Translations under genes and position numbers: made by a program | The notes under the pieces: generated by a model | Seen by the model: only the letters and a program-made list of their open reading frames with translations | Databases searched by the model: none | Told to the model about the DNA's origin: nothing | Shown here: positions 51,701-64,000 of the stretch, piece by piece | How positions within the stretch are numbered: the first letter of the stretch is position 1 | Layout of the letters: every line of letters starts with the position of its first letter | Assembly: GCA_965202585.1 (NCBI GenBank) | Contig: OZ241827.1 | Location: 77,624,001-77,688,000, forward strand | Length of the DNA: 64,000 nt | Source of the DNA: Thalia democratica | Lineage: Eukaryota | Direction of reading: 5' to 3'

Positions 51701-54700
51701 TTATTTTAACCAACTAAAGTATTAGTTTTTTATCTTATTTTTTGAAACTTTACGAAATAATTTCTAGAGTTTTTATTGATCTGTTTTATTAGAAGTTAAA
51801 AACCCTTCGATTTTAAAATATTAATTATAATAAATAGGTCTAATGACACATTTAATACCATTATGTTGCATTTAAACTACAGAATTCGAATAAAAGCATA
51901 TGGTACTCACCAAGAAGCAGTAAATATTAAATACTCATTGATTGAAACGAATGATTACATAATAGATGAAAATACTGGAGTTATACACACAAGTAGAAGC
52001 AACTACCAACTAAACACAGTGCAAACCATTAGGGTAAATTTTTAGTTAAAAGATTTTCTACTGTAAGTGTTAAAAAAAAATTTTTAGCAGAGTACTTTAA
52101 ATTTCCAAAAAGTTTTATACTTCCTCTAAGTCCTTAATTATTACTATAGTGTTACAAAAAAAAAAATTCTGCTTTGTAATTTCTTTTTAAGTCTAAACTA
52201 AATTTAATCGTTAGAATAATTATTTACAGGTAAAAGCAACAGACAAGTATTCTAATGAAGCTTTTGTACAATTAGCCATAACCTGGGTTGAACGACCAAA
52301 TTTGCAATAAAGGTCTAAACTTGCATTTAAAAACAGAATTCATAGGTACAAATATCAGGAACATACGAATTTCAAACCTTACAGAAACAGATTTATTGCA
52401 AACATCAAACCTGTAAAATCAATATACAACAAAAACTTGCAGTACATGATAATTGGTTAGTAAAAAAAAAACTATTCTGTGCAAGTATAACGTCAAAAAT
52501 AAAAATATCGAAATGAAAAAAAAAAAAATTAGCTTATTTTTATATGTATGTTATAATAAAACATCTCTATTTCTTGCATAACAATACTACTTGAATAATT
52601 ACAGTCGAATTAGCTCAAATTCATAAATACTATTTTTATGTAAAAACGAATAATTAAATATTTTTCTTTAATTTTACTTATGCATAAAAATACATTTTAA
52701 GTAAACTTTGACACATTATAAGAGTCAAAATTGTTGTAATTAAGCTTTAAAATGATAAAATACTTAAAGTTGTACCTTTAATAAAAGAAACTTACTTGGT
52801 GAAAAAAAACTTTACTAGCTCTTTTGATAGCCTTAAAAGAATTTTTAACATTCTTTAAACTACTAACGTCAGACGAAAACTAATAAAAACATGTTATTCT
52901 GTATCATGATAAAAGCATATGTGTAACAAAAACTTCTAATCTGACAAGACATTTACCCGATAATCAGACAGAGTAAACCGATGATCCATCTAAAGCGGTT
53001 AAACGCGGCCCACAAAATGTCTTGATTGTTCTTTAAGGTGTTTATAAACAAAAAGTTATATTTACTAAGTCATACAAAATTTGATAGTTGTTGCTTAAAT
53101 CTTTCAAGTATTTATTTTTTATTTAAAAGAAACTTAAATTTATACCTTTTAAAACTGAGCGCAGCTAAACAAATTAATTAACTTTTTATTTTATGTTTTC
53201 AAATTGAATAAATATTTTTGACTCTCACTTGTTAAAATCTTGCACATAAGTAAAACAACAATAAATGTTGTAAAGTATAATTGAAACAACCCTTAAAAAT
53301 ACATTCATTTTTGAGAAAGCAATTGATCAACTCAATCGATTTTTTGTCACCAGAGAATATCAATTTACTGCAGCTTATATCCGCCTCAAATATAAAATAT
53401 TATACAAAAGATGTTGATTAATTGCTTTTTCATTTTAGTTTATCTCTTAATTGTATCAGTAAAGGCAACGCATTGCTGTTTTATTGATTTTTATATACAG
53501 TTAATAGTTCAGCTTCTTTAAAAAAAAGTTTTAATTTTTTTTTTCTAATTTGAAGCAGAAAAGGATTTAAAATTTAAGAATAGTAAAAATAACCTTTGTG
53601 GTTTGTTTAGGATTATTTTGAAAAAGTTATAGCCAAAATTATTGAAACCTAAACTTTTTAAGCTGAAAGTAACTGATGTGTTTGGTGAGCTTAAACCACT
53701 AAAATAAAAATTATAAGTTAAACCAATATAAATTTAATTCAAATTATCCATTTAATCAGATGGAAATGAAGATTTAATGTTCTTTTTGCATCCAAATAGT
53801 GGAAACTTGTATGTATTTGGTGAACTTGATGCTGAGAAAATAAATAAGTATCAATTAACCGTGCAAATCTCAAATGGACAAGCTACTAAAATAGAAATTT
53901 TGTTTACAAATTAGTTGGTGCTGCAGACAGAAATAGTTTGGATAAATTTACTGTCACATCAAACAGTTTGTTTTATTTTATTGCTCATATATTTCTACTC
54001 AGCAGTAGTTTTATATGAACAATTTAAACAGGTCAAGTAAAAACATTAAGTAAATAGAATCGGGAACGTCAAAATAAACATCATTTAATTGTTCAAGTCT
54101 CTGATCAAGGACCATCTCATCCATTTAAGGTTAAATGTCATCTACTAATACTCCATTATCTTAAACTATTTCTATAATTAAATATAAATTTTTTATAAGT
54201 TCTAGACTGTAGACTTTATATTTTTGTACATTTATAAAAAATAAAACCATGTTTATTTAAGTAGAAAATTAAAACAAATTTGTTACAGAACAACTGTTAC
54301 GTCATGGTTACTTTGAATGACGTTAACGAACATACCCCTGCTTTTATCAGTCGAAATTACCGAGCCCAGTTTTTAATCGATGGTGAAAACCCTAGTTTGC
54401 CTGAAACCCAACAGGTGTATTGCATGATTGAAGGTAGCAAGTTGGCGAAATTATTTTACTTGTAGACACAGTAGATGACGATATCGGTCGAAATGGTAAA
54501 ATCACTTACTCTATTGTTAAAGGTAAATACTTATTTTAGTACTTGTAAATATATAATTATTAGTATATACACTTACTCAATAGTTGAAGGTTATCATTCA
54601 TAACGTACTCGTGTGTATTCAACTAAATCTACTTAGTTTCCATGATAGTTAAAATAAACATTTTATTTAATATTGATAAGTTATTAACATATCAAATGAG

Positions 54701-57539
54701 CCTATAGTTAGAAAAATATCCAAATAATTTATTTAATAGTTAAACAATGACTAGCTACTATTTAGTTAAAGCAATGTAGTTTTGTATTTATTAACATTTA
54801 ATAAACAATTGTAAATAAGTTTTTTCTTTACCATAAAACTAAAGCATACCTTTACTTTTCTTCAAAATTAATGAAAAAAATTTCAGCTTTAAAATTTTTT
54901 ATATATGAGAAACAATAAAGATAGTGTAATATAAAAAAGTGTTCTGAAAGAGTTTTTTTGGATATTGAAACACAAAAGGTGATAACACTTTTATAAACTT
55001 GTTTTCATAGCAAGTATTTCGAGTAGTTCGAAAAAAATAGTTTTATAACAAGCCAAACCAAACAGAAGTAATAATATTATTTTGACTTTAATACCCTTTT
55101 CTTAAGGACCTCACCTCTGTAATATTTCAATGTTGAAAAAAGATTGTTGACCTCTTTAGAAAATGAACTATTTAGTCCTATTTGTATAAAATCAATCGAT
55201 CTTTTCTCTACGAACTTGCGCTATGAAGTTTATTTTATAATATTTTCAATTTTGAATGAAAGATTTTAGTTTACTTCCAAAACAGTTTTAATTTATATTA
55301 GTTCGTCTTAAGTTTTTATTAGTTTAATGATTTCACTTTTAAGATTTATTAAAACTAGGAGTACATTTTCTTTACCTATATTTCCTAAACCGTTTAAAAT
55401 TTAAATACCTAATAAACTATAATTTAAGAAAATAATCTACTTTATTCTGTTACTGATACTAAAGGAAAATATTTTTTTAATGAGAATCTTTAAATTTTAA
55501 ATGTCTACAATATTTTTAGTATTTCTTTTAAAACTTCGATAAAGAATAAATTTTAAAATGTTTTGTTTTTACAAAAGCTAAATCCATTCAAAACTGAAAA
55601 TCTAGACTATACTAGTTTAAAAGCAAAATACATTTGTTTCCTTATTAGCCTTCAATAAAAAAGCATTGAAAAATGACAAAATAAAACAATTTAAGGTTTT
55701 TGAAGTGTAACTACTAATAATTTAAAAACTGATAAAGGGTTAGAAACGCGTCAGGTTTTAATATAACTGAAAATTAGAGGTAAAACTTGAATTTGCCAGT
55801 CAGTAATTATCTAATACCAAATTCAACTTGTCTAAACTCAACTGCACAAGAATTTAAAATGCATATTTTAGGTTGACGTAAATTTGTTAAAACTTACTGT
55901 TTATCTATTAGATATATTTCATAAAACAATTAAGCTAATTTAGGAATGCCATTTCATAACCCAAATCGGGTACAAAACACCTTTAAAAAGTATATTTGAT
56001 ATTTGTAAACCTTTAACATAAGTAAACAACTTCAATTAGAAATAGATTAAAATAAATAAGGACTAAGGTAAAAAAAGTGGTTGTAGAGACTTAAAACAGA
56101 AGAGATAGTATAATTACCGAATTATAAATGTTTTTATAAAAACATATTTTTTTAGAGCCTTTAAATTTTAACTTACACCGATCTTATTAAACATTGCAAG
56201 TTCTGACACATAATTCAACAATCCAATTTATCCCAGCTCGCTTCAAATAACTTATACCGGTTTTTGAATGATCTAGTAATGCTAATTCTTTTCAATATTT
56301 AATTACCTGTCAGATGAATTATTATTTCATTTCCTCTACTTTGTTTCGATTCACAGAAAAAAACAAAACTTTGAAACTGCTACTAAAACGTTTATATTTG
56401 GTAATCAATAATATTGGAAAAGTAGCAATGGAAATTTACCTGTAATAGTTTTATAAATTTACTTAAAGTTTTTATGTTGACATTCTTATTTGCTAGCAGA
56501 TTTACTTAAACTTAACTGCGATAATTTATTAATATTAAAGCAAAACGTAGAAAAATTAGATATATTACTCTAACTATTAAATAATTAAACAAGACTTTAA
56601 GTAGTATGTATATAATATATCAGATCTTAGTAATTTAACGAAGCATTTTATTAGTTATTAGTTTCCATTATAAACTTTAGCACGAAATTTTTTAGAGCTT
56701 TCAAGTCCCATTATGACGTATGGCTGTTTAAATTTGCTGAAAACAAATAAAAGCACAAATTATATGTCTGGCTCGATTTCTGAACATTTGATAAACATTT
56801 TTTCTATATGCGTTGTTTGTACATAAATCAAGTAAAGTATACTTTAGTAATTATGTAAGTAATTTCGGTTGTGTTAATTTGTTATTTCTATGATTATTAA
56901 CCAACATTTATTATTAAGTTTTTACAGTACTAATTCTATTTACATATGTAGATAAGATTGTTTGATAAAGTAGTTAAAGTCTTATTGTAAACAAAATATG
57001 CTACTTACAACTTTTAAACAAAAAGTATAGTTTAGTATAAATTAATTTATAGGCAACAACGCTGGAGTATGGAAAATTTAAAAAACCACCGGTGGTTTGA
57101 GCGTTGTTAAGTGGCCAACAACCCAAAATGAAAACAGTGACACTGTGCGGACAGAAACGTTAACTGTAGAAGCTCGCGATGGTGGTCAAAATTCTGGTGC
57201 TTCGATTCTATAAAACATGGTATATGCACTAAAATAACCACAAACTGAACTTAGTAAATTGTTTTTCTATTTATTGTTTTTGTTGTCAAGAAAAATAAAA
57301 GTTTCTGTTGTTGATAAAAGACATTACTTTTAGATTTTAGGCTGAGTACTTAAAAACAGTTAGTAAAAAAACATTGTTATACTTAGATATTTACTTTACT
57401 TACGATGATAAAAGTTGTTAAATAAATCAACATGGGTTTTATAGTTGATTGATTCCTAATTTTTACCATAAGTGTGTCCTTATTATGTTTTAAGCTAACA
57501 TAATTACTGTACTATATTATAACGATAGTGTCATCACTT

Positions 57540-60500
57540 TTGTTTGAAATATTTCACGGATTGTTTGAAGTGGTCAAATTTGAATTTTTGTTTCCTTACA
57601 AAATACATATTTGACAGCTTAAATATAGAAATTTAATAAAAGCAGCCACAAGTAAAATATTTTAATTTTTTCTTTAAATTTTATCAAAAGTTCAACTTTT
57701 ATATTGTAACCTTTTTACTTTAAAAACTTGTTGTTGAGATCAAAACAAGTTGAATTTAATATGTATGACATGTTTTAAGAATATAAACGTGAGAAATACA
57801 TTAAATTTTTTGATTTACAGATTTTTCGTTATTTAAAGTTTATACACTCTAAATACTGACAGAGTTTTAATAAAGATGTTTAGAATATGTAAATTTTTTT
57901 TGCTATAACTTTACACCAGTTTACATTAAATTGTTTGTACCTTGCATTGAACATACACAAAAATAAACAAAGTTGTTAAAACAAAAAAAACTTTGAAAGC
58001 TCGAGTTACTTTATTTTTATACCCAAGCTACAACAAACAATGTTAGATATTTTGAAATCTATTGAGTGGTACATTTAATGGTTTAGTGCAGTTTGAAAAA
58101 ATTAAAACATTAAAACAAGATAAATTAAATTTTGACATAGACTACTTGAATTCAAAACAGTAAATTGAAATAAATTGTTGAAATAGAATAAAAATAAAAA
58201 TTAAATGAACAGAAAAAATTATTCTTTATTTACAGGAGACTAGTTTAAAATACTTAATAAAATTCAGACTTCTTGGGTGGTTACTTCAAAGGAAACCAAA
58301 AATCTAAAAATAATAATAAATAATAATATAAACTATTATAAGTTTTACCAAAATGTTTATTCTTAATTATCACAAAGATAAACAACAACGTATTCTTAGA
58401 CAACTTAATTTATCATATGTTATCTTAAATATTAATAAAATATTTTTATCAACAAAAAATATAATCTAAGTACATTTTCGAACATAAATAGATTACTTAA
58501 TTTTAGTATAAGAAAAATTAAGCATTTGATAATAAGGTTTACCATACTTCCAAACGATTTAAACAAAAAATTATTCAAGGAACAATTTTTATGCCCTAAA
58601 AAGTAGCTTGTAAACTCTAAAGTTACGTATCATAAAACGTCAAAAATTTACGTTAATTTTCACAGCATTCCCACGCTTTTTAGTTTCTTGTGTTTTTACC
58701 GCAATTATGACGTAAAAAAGGATACATTAACTGAACTTGTTTAATTTTAAGCTATGTTATCACTACGCTAAGTTAAGTGATTTTTTTACATTTGTCAATT
58801 TAAGATAATCTAAAACATTTTAAAACTATTTTAAGTTTATTTATAGTTAACTAAAAATATATCTGTACATTTTACTCAATTAAAACCAGTGTAATTTTTG
58901 TTTGTAATAAAAACTATGGACTCAGTGAAACTCATAATAGTTTTATATAAAACCTCCACTAACAGCACGATCAAGTATTTTACTAAAAAGTCTAAAAATA
59001 ATTTTAGACTAGTTACACCCTGAAATATAGCATAACATAGAGTAATATAAGTGAAATCTATGTTGTGGTTTTATGTTTAATGAAGTTTAAGAAAATTATG
59101 TTCTATTGTTTTATCAACTTTTCATTATATTTCTAAGTCAAACTTGTACTGCAAACTAGCTGGTACCGAATTTGGTTGATGGATTGAACTAATACAAGTT
59201 TCGATTGTAATCAGTTTTAGATTATTAATTGTCTAACTTTTATATAGTGTAATATATGTAACTTATATAGTTTACTTTTTAACTGAAAGTTTTTTAAACA
59301 AAACTAGACTTTACTAAAAGAAACAAAATTTCAATTTTAGTTTTATATTGTTTTTTTTAGTTTATTAGTCAATAAAAAAGTCAATTTTTACGACTGAACG
59401 TAGTTTTTTAGGGATTTATTTTAATTAAAAACAATTTTTTTTAAAAATTGTTTTATTTAAACTAATTTAAATATATAACTTTGTGTTTAAAACTATCGTT
59501 TATAATTAATATTTTTAATTTTGTTTACATTAAGCTCTACATTTATTGTTTGCTCATACAAATAAAACAATGAAATCTGTCAACAAAGTGGAAACTCTTC
59601 TGAAAGTTTTAACTCTATGACGTAAATAACTCCCGTCGTGAAATTAAATTTTTAATTTCTTACACAACTGTTTTTTGCATTTTAAATAAACTTTTTTAAC
59701 TGAACTCTTGGTTTGAGATTTATGTCAGTGTAGTTAAGAATCTAACTTTACTTAAAAAAGAATATCTGTTAAAATATTCTTGTTGAAAACTCAACTATAT
59801 AAAAGTACTGTTTCACTTTAAATAGCATTTGACTACGTGTTTTAATTAGATTTTCTTTCTTTTTAGGTCTGATAATCTGAACACTTTGAACTGTCCTGAC
59901 ATGAATCAAAAACTCTAAGTTTACACAAAACGATAAAAACTTTTTAAATAAAAACATATTGTCTAATTTGATTTGAAACATTTTTAATTTACAAAATACT
60001 TACTTAACGCGTAGTTTATTTAAATTTAGACTACTTATAAAAAATTTCAAATAATTTATGATTTTTTTTTAATTTGCTACTAAAAGATTTTTTTCCAGAT
60101 TTTACATCATTTAAAAAAAAAATTGTTTATTATTTTTTTCTCCTTTTTTTTACATGAAAATACTAACCAATTAACTCTAAAACTATTAAAAACCCTAAGC
60201 TTATATATTTTTTCTTTGCGTAATTAGTTTTAAAAACAATTAATATTTCAAATTGATCTTGACCTACGATTATTGAGAGAAATCTTCAAGCAATTTAAAT
60301 AAAAAAGTTTTTATTTTCCCAAGAACAAACATTTGTGTTATTAATTGACCAAAAAGTTATATGCAAAAATTTTAGTAAAATAAAAATATTTATTGAACGC
60401 AAATTTACAGCGAAATGTGTATTAGTTTGTTATACATTTTAAAATTAATATAGTTATCATAATTAATTGATCGTAAATCAATTAATTAAATGTTGTATTA

Positions 60501-63500
60501 AGTTTCTCATTGAGTAAGTCATACTAGTATAACATATTCTTTTTTGATTTGTATTTGCAAATTCTAGTTTTAATTCTTAAAACAAAATTAGAATTCAAAC
60601 GTAATTAATTTTATCATCCTAAGGTCCAGTGAGTATAAATCTTAACCAGGAAAACTTATATAAAGGTAGACTTTTTATCTAGTCACATAAAAATTTAATG
60701 TCGGATATACGGTATTGGAGAAATGAACAAAATTCACAAGAAATATCAGCTATCAATTTAATTTCATAAGTTTAAATTGATTAACAGTTTCTTAATAGAC
60801 ATTTCCTTTTTTTACACTATTACTCCTAAAAAATAAGTATAAAACTCCTAAGTTTCAATAAAAATTACAAAAAATGTTCAGATATTACCTGATTCACCAA
60901 CAATTAGTTCAACCAACTAAAGCAAACATTTTTGTGGCAATTGGTCAAAGTGTTTGCAACTTATTTACAAGTTGTTTTTTCAGTCTTCTGTGAAAGATAT
61001 CAAAAAAAATTATAAGCTTCAAAAATATAAACTATAACTAATAAATTACGGGTGTGTTTGAAACTCCAACGATACATTTAAAGCTACAGAATTCAAATAA
61101 AAGCGTATCGAACTTATCAAAAAGCAATGAATCTTAAATACTCATTGATTAAAATGAATTGCTACATAATAAATGAAAATACGGGAGTTATATACACAAG
61201 CAGAACCAATTACCGACTAAATTCAAAGCAAACAATAAGGGTAAATGTTTATTCAAAGACATTCTATTGTAAGTTTTATTATATAATTCAAAAAATACGA
61301 TAACTCTCCTTGTTTGCTAAATTTAAGAAAAAAAAAACAAATCAAAACTATTTAAATTACAGGTGTTAGTAACTAAATTTTTCTAGTTCATTTTCTGTAC
61401 AATTAACCATAACCTGGGTTGAACAACCAAGCTTGCCAAGAAAGTCTAAACTTGCATTTGAAGAGAGAATTCATAGATACAAATATCATGAATATATAAT
61501 TTCAAACTTTACAGAGACAGATTTATAGCAAACATCAAAAATGTAAAATCAATATACAACAAAAACTTGCAATACATGATAATTGGTTAGTAAAAAAAAA
61601 CTTGTCTGTGTAAAAATAACGTCAAAAATAAATATACTGTAATAAAAATTCTTTTTTTTTATATATGTTTCACAAACATCTCTATTATTTGCAAAAAACA
61701 ATTACTTTAATTATTTTTTTGGAGTTAATATTAATTTGTAAATATTAGTTTTAGGTAAAAATGATACTTTTGTTCAAATTTTCTTATGCACAAAAGTACA
61801 GTTTAAAAAATTTTTGATATGTTATAGGGACAATAAATTAGTAGTAAATATATATATTTAGAAAAAGTATTTAAAGTTTTATTTTTTGAAATAGGATACT
61901 TACTTTGTATAATAAACTGTTTAGCTTATAATTTTGACAATTATTAAAGAATTTTTAACAATATTTAAAGTTCTAACATCAGACGAAAACTAATAAAAGC
62001 AAGTTATTTTGTATCATAATAAAGATTAATGTATAACAGAAACTTCTAATCTGACAACACATTGACCCGATAATCAGACAAAATAAACCGATATCCGTCT
62101 AATGCGGTTAAACGCGGCCTGCCAAAATATTTTGATGGTTTTCTGAAGGGTTTACAATATATAAAAAGTTTAAATTTACAAAATTCCAATGTAGTCTGTT
62201 AATAATTGCAAAAAATTTTAAAGAGTTTATTTGAAATATTTTAAGAAAAAATTTTATTTGAAAAGTAGCTACAGGTGAAAGACCCAATAAACGTTTTTTA
62301 GTTTTTTAATGAGGATTAAGAATCATATATTGTGTTCAAACGTTTCAAGTATTTTAGACTATCACTTGTTAGAAAAAACCCATAGTTAAAACAATTGTAT
62401 TATAGAGTGTGCTCACACAACGCTTTTAAAACGCTGTAAACTTTGAGACATCAATTGATATATTCAATCGATATTTTTTGTCACCAGAGAATATTAATTT
62501 AATGCAGCTTATATCCGCCTCAAACTTTACTAAACGAATCACACATAAGATGGTGATTAATTGTAATTTTCAATTTAGTTTATTTTCTAAGTATATAAGA
62601 AAAGGCGACATATTGCTGTTTTATTAATTTATTTTTTTTATAAAACTTATTTTTTGATATCAAAAATGTATAATGTATTTTTAAACTTAAACAAGAAAAG
62701 GTAACATAAAACAATAAAAATATATAGTTATTTTTTCTGTCAAAACAGATGGTAATGAAGATTTTATGTTCTTTTTGTATCCAAACAACGGAAATTTGAA
62801 TGTATTTGGTGAACCTTATTCAGAAAATATAAATAAGAATTAATTAAGTTTTCAAATTTAAAATGAACAAGCTACTAAACCAACACAAATAAACTGTTTT
62901 ATTTGACCTTTATAAATGTTTAATTAAAAACTTGAAAAAAGTTATTTGTTTTTTAAGGTTTAATATCACTTAATTTTTAATCAGTAAATTATAATAGTTT
63001 TGATAACAAATTTTGACAAAAGAAAAACACTACCGTTAAGAATACAAAAAAAAAAAAATTTAAGGTATATTTAATCTTTAAGTAACTGTATTCTTTGAAG
63101 ATAAAAATGATAATCAACCACAATTTGATAGTTCGATTATTCGTACAAATTAATGGAAAACGAATAAACAATTTAGTGACTAAACTATCAGCAAATGATG
63201 CAGATAATCAAGCTTCGAACAGAAATTTTGTTTACAAATTAGTTGGTGCTGCAGACAGAAATAGTTTGGATAAATTTACTGTCACATCAGACGGTTTGTA
63301 ATACTTGTACAAATTAAAACTGTATACAGCAAGGGCTTTATATAAATAAACTTTCTAAGCAGGTCAAGTAAGAACATAAAGTAAATTGAATCGAGAAAGA
63401 CAAAATAAACATCATTTAGTTCAAGTTCATCTGATTAACTTAAAGTTAGAAGTATTTTTTTACATTGATCGTTTTCTTGTGTCTATTAAGTAATAACAAG

Positions 63501-63820
63501 TTTCTTCAGTTAGAGATTGTTAATTTATTACTTTTTGTTGAGTATACAAAAGATAAAGCACAAGCTTTTGACTTATCTTGCAAAAAAAAACTGTTACGTT
63601 ATAATTACTTTCAATGACGTCAACAAACATTTCGTCATCAGTCAAAATTATCGAGCCCGTTTTTCACCGATGGTGAAAACCCTAGTTTGCCCGAATACAT
63701 AAAAGTGTATCGCGTGATTAAAGGTAGCAAGTTAGGGGAAACTATTTGTGGACGCAGTTGATGAAGATTTTAGTCGAAATGGAAAAATCACTCAGACAGT
63801 TGTTGACGGTAAATATTTAG
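57540..63820 (+). pseudogene. Copy C: older, more diverged duplicate of copy A about 8490-15170 (exons P4-P11); may continue beyond the window
   Basis: Collinear remnants at about 59137-59208, 60622-60742, 61089-61240, 61362-61585, 62749-62888, 63095-63293, 63363-63440 and 63588-63808. KLSANDADNQASNRNFVYKLVGAAD is retained (ORF 63095-63301). Splice sites are lost and there are many indels. Confidence 0.88.
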
Positions 63821-64000
63821 TAAAGTTTTTGTAAATAGTCAATTAAATTTAATTAATTTTTGAGCTATTTTAAAGCAGCTTTTTATGTTTTGTCAACAAC
63901 TTTTTAACGTACTAGATAAGGTAATATTTAAAAGAAGTTTTATTGCTGTCAGATAACTTAAGTGTATTAATTACCAGTTGTTTAATAAAACAGTTTAGCT

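Larger units (their letters stand above)
37962..57205 (+). pseudogene. Copy B: tandem partial duplicate of copy A positions 1 to about 17570 (exons P1-P11 and part of E12)
   Basis: Position 37962 aligns to window position 1. Pseudo-exons at about 38020-40215 (split by a transposon), 44222-44399, 44675-44805, 49812-49879, 51404-51567, 51883-52033, 52230-52455, 53760-53965 (P8/P9 fused), 54032-54129, 54289-54522 and 57053-57205. Lesions: shared TAG 39751 and TAA 39793; private TAA 52308, a TAG in P10', a 1-nt deletion in P11' and a TAA in E12'. Confidence 0.92.

Noticed and set aside
37962-63820. Idea that B and C are a Dscam- or protocadherin-like alternative exon cassette array
   Set aside because: They lie downstream of the terminal exon and carry stops, frameshifts, lost splice sites and a transposon, so they cannot serve as in-frame alternative exons of copy A.
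1-64000. CRISPR arrays, rRNA, tRNA, prokaryotic operons
   Set aside because: No regularly spaced repeat-spacer units or structured RNA signatures seen; the exon-intron structure is eukaryotic.

Overview
This is very AT-rich (roughly 25% GC by eye) animal nuclear DNA with GT-AG introns. I see no prokaryotic features, rRNA, tRNA or CRISPR. The whole window is one locus: a Fat1/2/3-type (Fat-like) giant atypical cadherin gene on the + strand and its decaying duplicates. Copy A (about 80-35169) can be spliced by hand into 51 phase-consistent exons, about 11.3 kb or 3,770 codons. It encodes a long cadherin-repeat array starting mid-ectodomain, a Cys-rich/LamG region, EGF repeats, one TM helix and a cytoplasmic tail with Fat1/3-type motifs (PPIPARPVDY, YAWDVSDW, FHPDQYLP). 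As assembled it is not translatable. Stops and frameshifts cluster in the 5' exons, two more lesions sit at 18900-19184, and one frameshift lies at about 27403-27428; the rest of the 3' ~7.7 kb of coding sequence is open. Downstream are two further partial, dead copies of the 5' exons: B (about 37850-57205) and the older C (about 57540-64000). B carries a 1,544-bp non-autonomous hAT-type element with a nested MITE-like element, and A preserves the empty site. The most unusual signals are three: (1) strong, frame-independent enrichment of the palindrome TGACGTCA in exons; (2) polarised decay and patchwork A/B/C identity, suggesting gene conversion or a pseudogene/gene chimera; and (3) abrupt GC-rich islands inside long exons. 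All alignments, identities and counts were done by eye.
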